64,000 nucleotides of DNA, from the NCBI GenBank assembly GCA_028023455.1, contig JAQFVV010000001.1, positions 4,464,001 to 4,528,000 on the forward strand. Direction: 5' to 3'. The position numbers and the translations under genes were made by a program. Positions 52,943-64,000 of this stretch are shown piece by piece; position 1 is the first letter of the stretch; every line of letters starts with the position of its first letter. Under the pieces are notes generated by a model. The model ran no database searches. It had not been told where the DNA came from and was given only the letters and a program-made list of their open reading frames with translations. Source of the DNA: Epiperipatus broadwayi (lineage: Eukaryota > Animalia > Onychophora).

Positions 52943-53098
52943 GAATGCCTCGCCATAAAAGAGGAGAAATTTGGCAGCTTTTGATGGAACAACACCGATT
53001 GTTACATTCTACCAGCTGTTCTGGTGATACTGATGTGCCTTATGAAGAACTGCTGTTGCATCTCACTTCTCATCAACATGCCATCCTCATAGATCTTG
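52943..53098 (+). CDS. TBC1D1: TBC1D1/TBC1D4-like coding exon, N-terminal part of the TBC Rab-GAP domain
   Basis: Acceptor tttcAG at 52941-52942 and donor GT at 53099; 156 bp, phase 1-1. It translates as (G)MPRHKRGEIWQLLMEQHRLLHSTSCSGDTDVPYEELLLHLTSHQHAILIDL(G), containing the GxPxxxRGEIW and QHAILIDLG TBC motifs. I did not find the next exon (expected RTFP...) in the window. Confidence 0.95.
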
Positions 53099-53462
53099 GT
53101 AATTTTTATTTCATAGTCACATGTAATTTATACTAATGTATAAAAGTTGCATATTTATAATAGTTTTAATTCATTTTATTATTATCATCATTATTATTAT
53201 TGAATTTTTGTAATTCATTTTTTTATCTGGTGATTCTCAAAGCTCTTATCATTTCATTTTTTTAATCTTATGATATTTAATTAAAATTGTCCTCTAAACT
53301 ATTGATTACTGTCATCTCATGCTATTTATCTTATCTTTTTTTTTTTAAATGTCTTGTGTGTTTTTTTTTTTTTCATTTTCACACTTCTTATTATTAATTT
53401 GGGGATTTATCTTTTAATTTCATTTTTTTTTACATTTATTGTTTTTCATATTTTTGTCTATA

Positions 53463-54355
53463 CACTTGGGTCCCGTTTTATGCAGATTATTTTAATGCGA
53501 TATTGAAGTTATGCAATTCATGTTTCTTCTTAATATTCTTCATATTTCACTATATTTATCAGATATCAAGAAGTTTAAATTATTAATAACTTATTTTGAC
53601 CTGAAATACTTTTTTTTTTTCTTTCAAAAATATAATGTTATAATAGCAGCTTAAGTTAATATGGCCATAAGCTGTATTTAGAATCTTAGCTTCTATGTAA
53701 ATAACCTACTTATACTAATGAGTAAATAATAATAATAGATTTATACATACATGTAAAAATATCACAATAAATATTCAAAAATTTTAAACTTTTAAAACGT
53801 ATGTTGTTAAATATTAACAGAAATAAATATTTTTTTAGATTTTTAAAATAAATAATGATGATTTTATTGATTTTATAAACTGAAAATAATCTTTCGAATG
53901 ATAATGTCTTATCTTTTTGTTTTGATTGCATCTAATTTTTTAAATTTAGAAACAGCACAAGACTGGAAGTGGCGCTAGTTGTACAACACGTCATGAATCT
54001 GATTTCTTATTAGTTCACAAATGAACTCATATTGTAAAGTAGCGGTAATGATTAAAATATGTATATAAAAAAAGTAAAATTAAATACTGTAGTTAATAAA
54101 AAAACTAAAAAAGTTTGTCTTATATTAATTTTTTTTATATATTTGAAATTTTTTATTAGTCATACTTTATTTCCTTATTTTTTTAATGCAAATTTTAAAG
54201 TAATTTTTTTTTGTTGCTTTGCTTTTATGCCAATTTCTAAAAATTACGGGAACCTATCCTCCATTTTTCAAGATAAGTTACGTTTATTTTTGTGCGATTT
54301 TTTTTGTACGCGTTTTCTGAGGAACCTATCTACCGCATAAAACAAGACCCAGGTG
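53463..54355. mobile_element. Non-autonomous Tigger/pogo-like TIR element
   Basis: Left end TA-CACTTGGGTCCCGTTTTATGCA versus right-end reverse complement CACCTGGGTCTTGTTTTATGCG. Subterminal ggaacctatc occurs twice (about 54250 and 54321). The right TA flank is mutated to GA. Confidence 0.65.
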
Positions 54356-55749
54356 GATTCATTTTATTTTATTTTTTTACATTATGTCTGTTTTGTTCTT
54401 TTATTTATTTTATTTTTAATATTTATCTTAGTCTATATGCTCCAATATGCCTATTAAAGTAAATCTTCTAAATAGCATTTTAAGTTTTATCAAAATTTAT
54501 TTCCAAATCTATTTTTAATTAAATAAATTTAATTCTCAAATTCTTAATTGCAATTTTTTAGGCATTACTGCAAATCAAAACTATCTAGATAATCATCTTA
54601 AAACATTTCTAAAATAGCAAAAAATTATTTTTCAGAAGTATGTGTAAACCATCTGTATATTATACTTCTCTGTAATTTTTGTAACTTGAGTGATAATGTT
54701 AATAATGATGTATATTCTATATACGATTCCAATTTTATAGTTCTTTTAAATTTTTTTAATCATATTCAATATTCAGAAAACTGGAATTCAAAGACTACAG
54801 TAAATATAGTAATTTTTTGTATTTTTCATTGAACTTTTACTTGAGGAAGTAAATAAAAAACTTCAAATAAGAGTGGATTTTGTCTAGTAAGAAGAAAGAA
54901 AAAAATAGCCTCATTATCCTTTTAGTAATTGTTGCATTTTTAAAAAAAAAACATTTGATATAAGGAAAATTTTTAACTAAAAAAAAAAGAAAGAACGTAA
55001 AACAATTCATTATTTGGTATATAATAAAATTCTTATCTTTATGAAACTTGTTAAATATATTAAAAATTCTGGTACAAAAGTGTAAAGAGATATTAGTATT
55101 TATTGAAATGAATATATAAATATGTATTGACTTTGTTAATAGATTAACTGACAAGTATCAATCGCTTTTTAATCACTTTTAAAAGGTTAAGAAAAAAATA
55201 GTTATACATTATGAAATTAATAATACAATACTTTGTTTGAAAAAGAAATATATATATATGTTTCATAACTATTTAGTTTTAAATTACTACTATAATTAGA
55301 TGCTATTAACTTGACATGATTCCTAGCAATCACATGTGTAGCATTACTTCTGAATATCCTATTATATGTTTTGTTTTTAAATTGTTCAAAAACACATTGA
55401 TTATTGCAATGATGGAGTTCATCTATTCATTTTATAGCCCATCATTCTATTTTTTTTTATTAGTAAATCTTTTTGAGCATTAGTTTGCTAATGATTAGAT
55501 CATCTCTTAAAATGATCAAAATAATAATTTTACTTTTAATTCATTGTGCTTTATTCAAAATTTTACGTCTACTCTAATCAAGTATTCACTTTTTTTTTTT
55601 TTTTGCCATCCATGAAAAGTTTCTAAATTTAAACATTTTTTTTAGGTTTTTTAATTGGAACTTTGTCCAGTGTTAGACTGTGAGAAATCTTTTATCTATA
55701 GAATTCTTCATTGTTGATGAAAGATCCAAGGAATTGTCAACTATTTTTT

Positions 55750-57000
55750 ATTTATTCATTATTAATATAGAAGTCAGATGCTGAACTTGTCATTATAATA
55801 TTTGTCTTTCTTATATTTTGCTTAATCCAATCTATTTGTCTGTTCTTGAAGTTTCCTAATGTGAGTCTTGAGGTTATCAATTTTTCAGTTATGAGTGAGA
55901 TGTTGATATTTTCTTTAATATAGATTCTATATTGTATTATTTTGTTTAATCTTAATCTAGCTTTCTTTATTTTTTGGGGGTTGGTTGAATAATTAAATTA
56001 ATAAATATGTAGTTCCTCTCTAACTTACATGACAATTTGAAGTCGTGTATTTCATCATAACCTGTTTTAACTGAGCTTCTATATATAGGCAATAAATTAT
56101 TCTTATAAATTCATTTTTCTAAAAACATTTCATAAGGTAACTTAAATATTGGAATCAAAATCTTATAATCAATAATATATATACAGATAGATTTTTTTTG
56201 GTATTTTTGCCTTCTCTATTATCCAGGTGCAATATTATCTCTAGTTCCCTTTTAGTTATAGTCTCATTTGCACTGCTTTTTTTTTTTCAAATTGATCTTA
56301 CTTGTGTATAATGTTAGAAATACATGCGATAGTGTTTACACTGTCTAAACTTTTTTTCATATAGAAATAAAAATTGATTTAATTTGATTCATTGTCCAGA
56401 TTAATTACTATAATTTAAACAATACTTTCATTGATTTTTACTTTTTGGTATTTAACAAAATTTCTGATGCAAATGCCATCATTTCAGTTATTTTATCTAT
56501 TAGCAATAATCTCAATGATATTAGGTCATCTTTCAATATAGCAGATTCTTCAATATAGTATCTAACCAAAAAATATCTTGTTTGATATCTTTGTGGTATA
56601 ACATCACTGTATATTCATTTTTCAGAAAATCTACTCTTGGATGAATCTTCCTTTTGATCTCATGAATCTTCTGAAAAATAGCTTTTATATTTTTCATGCA
56701 TTTTCTTTTTCACTGTCTTTACAAATATTGTTCCTTTTTCTAGACATTCTTGTAACTTCCTACATAGTATTTTGCACATTTTTAAAAAATTTTAATTCTT
56801 TTTTTGCAATTATCACAATATTTTTAGATATCCATTTTGAATTTCTGTTTTTCTTTCTAACTTTTTTTTTTTTCAGATTTTTTTTTCACACCCCCATTTT
56901 CATCCAGAATAGTTATTGGAGAACTTTTTTTTTTTTAGTTTTGCTTGAAGTTTGCATACAAATAATCTCATCTTTTATTTCACAATCTGCTTTTGATCAA
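55750..57000 (-). pseudogene. Decayed RTE-BovB-like LINE remnant
   Basis: Minus-strand translation gives colinear BovB-like motifs: KIHEIKRKIH, ESAILKD, LIWTMNQIKSIFISI*KK, NTIACISN, KGTRDNIA, WIIEKAK (cf. GRGTRDQIANIRWIIEKAREFQK). Confidence 0.7.
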
Positions 57001-59789
57001 GATTTTTTTCTATAAAAATCAAAATCTTTCATTACTGTATTCCAAGAATGTAATACATATGATTCTTATAGATTTTGTATATTGATATCCATATGTATTG
57101 CCAGGGCTTTGGCTGCTTAAAAAATATATTGGCAATAAAAATATTGTTGAATTCATAGAATTAAAAAAAAAAACAATCATTCTTCTGTTTCCATCATCTG
57201 CATTGTTTTTCTTTCTACTTCAAATGTATGTGTTTCATTCACCAATTAAAAGTATATTTTGTCTGAGTTTTAGCAAATTCTGTTTATGCCTTGTCGATAA
57301 AATTTTCAATTTTTTATTCATTTTTATTGATCATGATAAGCATTTACATACTTTATATCTTTCAAATTTATTTGTATTTTGCTTATTATTTTATGCAACT
57401 TTTATAGAAAATAAAACAACCTAACAGTAGTTTATATTTATTTTTAAAATAAGAAATCCAAGTTACACTGGTTTATTATTTACTGTGCTTAATATATATG
57501 TCATCGGGACATTTTAAAAAAAAAAATTATAATGTAAGATTAAATTCACGTACAAATAATTGCAAAATAGAAAATTTTCTATGTTTTGAAAAATATATAT
57601 TGTTTTACTGTAAGCAGTCATTTTAATTTACCTGATTTTTAATAGATTTTTGTGGCAAAATAAATAATTTATAAAGAAAATGTGAGTTCTAAATATTTTT
57701 TTGAACACATGACTTTAATTATGTGCTATCTAATGAAATATGTAAACGTCAAACAAAAATATAAATAAACAAGCAAAAAAAAAACCCCCATTAAAATTCA
57801 CAAATTTTTTGATATTCAAGCAACCATTTTTCTTTCTCTGAGTGCCATAATGCAGTCATGTTTAAAAAAAGAAAATATGTAAATAATTGTTATTATCTGC
57901 TAGTAGCTGTTTTTCCATTTTAGAGTACCATACACAATTATATATATTAATAAAAAAAATTTGGTTTATATTGAAAGTGCATACATTTTATTCTTCTTTT
58001 ATTATCTTTTCCGAATTTGATTTGCAGTATTTTGCAGAATAAAATATTTTCTGAGCATAGTGCGAAAGGTTTTGCAAAATTTTAGAACATACTAAAAGTT
58101 GATATTGATTTAAAAACATCAAACCAGTTAGAAAGATCATAATATCTTAGTAGCAAGACTACTATTAAGAGGAAAAAGTTATTGAAGAAAGTAATATTTC
58201 ATAGAGCTTGTTTAATTGTGGTATAAGTCACATTTTTTTGCTATTTACTTTATTTTAAAAATTAAAATATGGTAGTTTTTTTTTTCTTCTTATTTTCATT
58301 GCTTCACTGAATGCATGAGTAACACACACTCAGGAATATATGTTAGTATGTTCCCCCAATTTATTATTAATAATTACTATTATTATTTTTTAAAATTTTG
58401 TTTATACTATAATCTTAATTTATATATGCATGCTAAACACACGAAAAAGCATCTGTGTTATATATGTGTGCATGTTGAAAAGTATTGTAAACATATAGTT
58501 CAATAAACAATATGTATTCTAATCTAATCAATATTTATCAACAGAATGTTAGCAATTATATGATATGGGTTTGGATCAAAATACAATGTGTTTCAGAGCT
58601 GTACTATACAAGCAATTTCTGTTCATTATGAATTCATTATTCACAAATTTATTGATTGATAATTATACAATTTAAGCAATTTTCTGCAGATTTATGTAAG
58701 TTGCAAATTTTCCAAAGTTCAAACATATATATATATTTTAAGATGATCAGAATTATCTTAAAAATAAATATCTTCTGACTTTATGAAATGAAGATTTCTA
58801 ATTGAAAATGTTTAATGCTTTTCACTAATTTACCATAATTAATAATAATAACAAATTGTAATTAATTTTGACTTAAAAAATATCTTCTAAAAAAGAAAGA
58901 TTTTATGATTCATAAAGCAAAAAAAAAAATTGTAAATAAAATCAAAAGTTGTTTTTAATCATATTGACATCATAAACTTTTTTTTTCCTATAAATGAAAA
59001 AATTAAAAACAAAAGAAAATACAAACATATTTATCCCAGATTTATCAAATATTATAATATTAATCTTTATCCTATAACAAAGTTTTTAATGACTTTTCAA
59101 AAATATAATAAAAATGTGAATATGAATTCATAATTATTTTCAATTATTATCAGTTCACTAAAAGTGAGGTTAGAGCAGCATTTATTTAATTTCTAAAGCG
59201 AACTTTACTTCCGTAGACAAGGAATAGTGATAATGATTTGTATTGTTGTTCTAAAAATTTATTATCATTTATTGTTTATTGGATAATGCAGATCCTTGCG
59301 TGAATATTTTCACGCATTATGTAAAGATTACAAGTTTTAGTCATTGAAATGGGCAAGAAATAATATGGATCTTTTGTGAGATTTTGGCAGTGTATTATCT
59401 TATATTGTTTGCTGGAAAATGGATGTAAAAGTAACACTGTGAACATCAAAATATTGAAAAAGTTTATCAGAGGTAAGTGGCTTTCATATTCACAGGATCT
59501 TTTATGGTCATGGATTACAGTGTCATTCTTGCAGCAAATATGATTTCTATTATTGTTTGTGTCTAGACAAAAGAATGATTAGATGCTGAATATGACATAT
59601 TATTATTCTTGTCAGGCATGTCTTTCATCTTCAATCTTAGTGATGTTTTGTAGACAATAGGAGTATCGTCACAAAAGTCTATTGTCTTCAAAAGTAGAAA
59701 TCTATTTCAAGCCATCAATTTCATTTAATTTAGCTACAAGATATTCAATTGATAATCTTACAATAAACATATCAATATGCCTGAACTGT

Positions 59790-59930
59790 ATAAAAATCAT
59801 GTTATTCTGTGAATAAATTTAAATCCATATTTGCTGAACAACATTCAGTTATTTGCAAAAAAAATTCTGTTTTTGACAATGTTTTTCTTTTGTATACGGA
59901 AAATGATTGAGAAAAGGAAAAATTAGAGGC
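59790..59930 (+). repeat. Diverged dispersed repeat, homologous to ~63305-63460
   Basis: Shared ordered blocks gttattctgtg, aacattca, ttttgacaatgtttttcttttg, ggaaaatgatt, catatttt. Confidence 0.6.
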
Positions 59931-60650
59931 ATATTTTATGAATATGATAGATAAATTATGAAATGTTGACTATTTGCATATTTATTTGATTTTAATAAGA
60001 TTTTTAAATTTTAACTATATACACTACTAGAGATGGCACTCATGTTGTAAACTAACTATAACTATTATTTATTTGTTAGTATATGAGATAAATTGTATAG
60101 CTGAATAGAGCTTGAAAGTCTGGGTTCAAATCCCCTAAAATTATATTCAAAATTTTAAATGTCATTGTATGTGATTTTAGATATTTTCATGCTAAATTTT
60201 TTTAGTAATGTAGTTCTATGATTGATTTATGAATGGTGAAGCATTTATAAGAAGCTGATTAAAATTTGCTTTAGTTTTGAATTTTAAAAAACTTTGTCAA
60301 TGCAATAATGTATATTCATATTTTTGTTATTTAAAGATGAATGATATAATGGGTAGTATAATGGAATAATGAGAAAAATTAAACTTTTAATAATTATGGA
60401 GATCATAAAGTTGTTTTCAAAAATTGTTATTAATTGAACGATATAAAATAGTTTTAGGAAAATTTATTTCTGACAATGAATTTGAAAAAGTGGCTTTAAG
60501 ATATTTATGGTTAAGCAATTAATAAAAAATACAATAAAAAATTTTAGTTTAATAAATAATTCTCTCTGAGTATTGATTTTGATACAAAAGAATGGAGCAT
60601 TGCAATTGTGAATTTAATAGATACACTTTTGAATTCAATGGAAAATTTTG

Positions 60651-61848
60651 GGTAATGCAGCATCTATTGATTCACACCGCCCGATGGCGCTGTTTCTATG
60701 CTAAAGCACATAAATATGCTGTTTACAAGGCCGCTTTTTCATAGATCTTACGGCCTGTAAACTGTTCAAACCCTAAGATGTTGAAGTGCACCCTTATCCC
60801 AACATCTCTAGCATGTTGAAAATTATTAGCGACGAGTATACGACACTCTCTATAGACATTACTCTTGACTATTGTACAGCATATGATATGAAGGTTTCTG
60901 GAGTTGTAATGACGAAAAGTATATTAGAACGGATTTTTTTTTTTTTTTTTGCTTCAATGTATTGTAATTGATGTGAGTTAGTAAAAATTGTAACAAATTC
61001 TCAAACGCCCCTACTTTCATTGTCAGGGGTCAGAATTCACTAAATGAGGAGTGTAAAGACTTTTTCAAGATCAAAACAGTTCAATGGCAGATGACTGTTC
61101 GGTGTTGTAGTTTTAAGATTTACCTGCTACAGAAGCAGATGTGCTGGCCTTCCTTCAACCCAAAAAAAGAATATTTTACCCACCCAGAAAAACTGTCTTT
61201 GTGATAGTTTAATGAAATTAAGATGTTGTCAAACATCTGAAATGGAATGTCAATAGCAACGAAGGTGTTTCATTCACTCATGGGACGGGCTTTGAGGGCT
61301 GCCTGTGAATCGCTTTTTCGCAAGCAGTACGGCTAATTTATTCTTGAAGCCGGGATCAGCTTACAGTGAAGCGTATTAGAGCTGAGTTGGGAAAGTGTCA
61401 AAACGCCCTAAGGAATATGATGATAGGTCTTAGAGAGGTCTGTCGAGAAAGCCTTGTTTCTCGATAAACAAAAAATAAGTTTCTTCAAAAACAATAAAAA
61501 AGACTTGGTTATAAAAAATAAAAAAAAGTTTCTTTAAAAAAAAAGGAGACCGGACAAAAAGAAATGTTTGTTTTTTTTTTTTTAAAAAAAAAAAACAAAT
61601 AAAAAAGAGAGAATATTTTAAAAAGCCAAAAAAAACACGATTTTTTTATTTTTAAGAAATATACATCAAACCGGTTACAAAAAAAAAAAAAAACAATAAC
61701 AAACAACAACAAAAAAATAAAAAACAAATCCAAAAATTAAAAACCTAAATCAACAAAATTGAAAAACAGCCCAGTAATGTTATATCTATTTGTTTTTCAC
61801 TAGCAGCAGTGCCATAGAGCGGTATAGGAAGTTAGATGCTGTATTACC
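60651..61848 (+). mobile_element. Merlin (IS1016/IS1595-related) DNA transposon, internally deleted, with perfect 8-bp TSD
   Basis: TSD AAATTTTG at 60643-60650 and 61849-61856. TIRs GGTAATGCAGCATCTA and GGTAATACAGCATCTA (15/16) plus an inner ACCGCYCKATGGCRCTG block; the GGTAA terminus fits the Merlin GGNRM rule. Confidence 0.88.
61084..61475 (+). pseudogene. Merlin transposase N-terminal pseudogene, truncated before the DDE core
   Basis: Reads DLPATEADVLAFLQ...HLKW...HGTGFEG...AVRLIYS*S...VKRIRAELGKCQNA...LREVCRESL, matching the Merlin/ISXO2 pattern LPATEE...FLQ...GTWFEGS...RFIYxW...ERELG...LREVC. An A-rich tract replaces the expected KIGG...EIDES segment. Confidence 0.8.
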
Positions 61849-62399
61849 AAATTTTGTTTTGAATAAAGGTATAATGTTTGTATGATGTCTGGGTAAAGGT
61901 AAGATGTTTATTAAACTATAAAATGAATCTTATTACATCCATATGAAATATGTGAGAATCATAAGAAAGTGATATCTAAAATATTTTAATCTATGTTTTC
62001 TGATGTAAAGTATGATGATCCATGATATAAACAGATTACTTTAATAAAGAAACAATTTTCTGATAATAGTAATTAAAGAGAATATAAGCGAAAGATTCAG
62101 TTTATTGTATTTTTGACCTTTACTAAACATAAAGTGTTATTTATGCATAGCCTGAGGGTGATTGATTTGCTTTCTTTAATTATATTTAAGAATCGGTATA
62201 GAGAAAAAGTTTGTCAACAAATTGAAAAATTAAGATTTACATTATTGGATTGTTATTCTATGGTTATCTTATTTAATTAAGTTATTTAATAGAAAATTAT
62301 ATTTATCTATTTTCTATTTTTATCTGCTGTTTTTTGGAAATTATATGTTTTATCAAGCAGTTTATAGTGAAAAGTTTTGCAGATAAGAATAACGATTTA

Positions 62400-62720
62400 G
62401 TAAATATTCAATTTCTTCTTCATTTGATTTGGTGAAAAAAAATTGTTTTGGATGAAGAACTGTGAGTGTTACAAAATCATATGGTTGCATAAAAAAAAAA
62501 CAGTACAATCCATGTGAGATTGATTGATGTTTATAGAATAAGAAAGTGTGCAAATTTGAATATTTATTTATTAAAAAATATATTAGCATTTATTGATCAA
62601 AATTTGATAGCAACTTTTGAAAATCACAAAATGGAAGAAAACTGGCCTATGGATTTGCCAGTCTCAGTTGTTGTATGTAATTGTATGCTGGCATATTATG
62701 AGAATATTTTGAGATAGTTT
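62400..62720 (+). pseudogene. Possible piggyBac (PGBD-like) transposase C-terminal remnant
   Basis: Weak similarity only: RTVSVTKSYG..., IDQNLIATF..., ENW..., VVVCNCMLAYY, compared with WxDNKxVxxLS, DxxDQxIxxYR, KKW, DVAVxNAWLLY. Confidence 0.3.
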
Positions 62721-64000
62721 TTTTTTTTTCAATTAAATATTATTTTAGGTATATTGATGATGTATTTATTACTGAATCATTTTTTATAGTTAAAAGTATT
62801 GTCACTAACTTAAAATTAATGACTTGAAATGGACTACTATTAAGAGCAATTTATATAGTAGAAAATATCTTGATTTAAATTTATATAGAAAAATAATAGG
62901 ATCAATTACAAGATTTAATCAAAACACTTATCAATTAGAGGATTTATATACTGTCAAAGATTTCTATTTTTATTATGCGTAAATTGATAATATTCCTTAT
63001 TTAGAAATAAAATATCATGAAAATTTTCAAATGATAAAATATTCAAAATTAAATATATGTTAAAGTAATTCTCAATGTAGTATATAAAAGGAAAAACTAA
63101 GTCTGTGGTATGATTTCATCAGTTATTTCTTCTCCTATTAATATTGCATTTAATGTAACATCAAATATTAGTAAGTTAATTATTATTGGAAAGTTTACTA
63201 TTGATAAAATCAACAATTGTAATGTTATATACAAAATGATATCCAAGTATGAATGAAATTAATAAGTCAAAATATATATTAAAAAAGATGATACTTAAAT
63301 ATGAACTATTGTATAAAAAATTGTTATTCTGTGTGTGGATGGATTTAGATCTGTGTTTGGAGAACATTCATTTTTTTGCAATGGAAGTTTTTGTTTTGAC
63401 AATGTTTTTCTTTTGCTTATGGAAAATGATTTAATAAAAAGAAATATCAGAGACCCATATTTTATAATTATGATGAATAATTTATTAAATAAGCAATATA
63501 ATTGTGTTAATATATACAAATTATGGGAAATTGGCCAGTCACATTTGAATGTATTATGTGATTTTATTGTGATTTTGATTTTTAAATTTTGGTTGCAAAT
63601 ATTATTGTTGGTGATAATTATGTTGTAAGCTATCTATAGCTTTATTTATTTCCATCTTACTACTTAAAAATTGTAGAGTTAATTCCAGTATTTTATTTTA
63701 TTATATATTGTCAGATAGATATATATATACATTATATTTAATGTTTTCACAGTTATATGATGTAAATACAATAGTTTTGGGATTAAACTATGTGATAATT
63801 TTGATTAATTCCCAACATTTTGACAAAATAGCATCTGCCATTGTCAAAGCTAACTTTTCAAAGAAAAAGAGATAATGAATGAGATTGAGCTTGAAGTAGT
63901 TGAGCATTCAGAATATGTGAATTAACAGAATGTTTTATTTTCTTCAGTTTCACCATTAATTGTTTTCAAGTTTATATTAGAAGAAAGAGATAAAATAAGT

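Noticed and set aside
59391-59472. Possible extra host exon ending at the strong donor AG|GTAAGT (59473)
   Set aside because: The open frame (CIILYCLLENGCKSNTVNIKILKKFIR) has no resemblance to the expected RTFPxHPYF TBC continuation, and the acceptor lacks a pyrimidine tract.
60651-61848. Bacterial IS element or contamination
   Set aside because: It sits with a TSD inside a spliceosomal intron and is decayed like a host repeat. Merlin is the established eukaryotic IS1016/IS1595 relative.
573-63628. The many 60-125-aa ORFs rich in F/L/I/Y/K
   Set aside because: Their composition is what AT-rich and poly-T/A sequence produces by chance. They show no recognisable domains, except where they overlap the exons or TE fossils listed.

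Overview
This is very AT-rich, CpG-poor eukaryotic DNA, most likely from an invertebrate such as an arthropod (inferred). It lies inside one + strand gene, a TBC1D1/TBC1D4 (AS160/pollux-like) Rab-GAP. Three coding exons are present (2167-2310, 51476-51637, 52943-53098), all with AG/GT boundaries in phase 1. They splice into a continuous reading frame covering the calmodulin-binding helix and the start of the TBC domain. The rest is intron, including one of 49,165 bp, filled with transposable elements of many ages. The young elements are a full-length Ty3/Gypsy (Mag-like) provirus with near-identical LTRs and a 5-bp TSD, a nearly intact RTE LINE with a 5'-truncated sister copy, and several MITE/foldback elements. 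The older ones are a Merlin (IS1016/IS1595-like) element with an 8-bp TSD, a related non-autonomous element, a hAT fossil with TIRs, and Tc1, mariner, BovB-like, L2/Rex-like and Jockey-like remnants. I found no prokaryotic system, no CRISPR array and no convincing new multi-gene system. The most interesting leads are two Merlin-type elements sharing an inner TIR motif, a tandem pair of box C/D-like units, and possible TE- or cryptic-exon-driven isoforms of the host gene. All protein family assignments are by-eye translation and motif recognition; no database searches were run.
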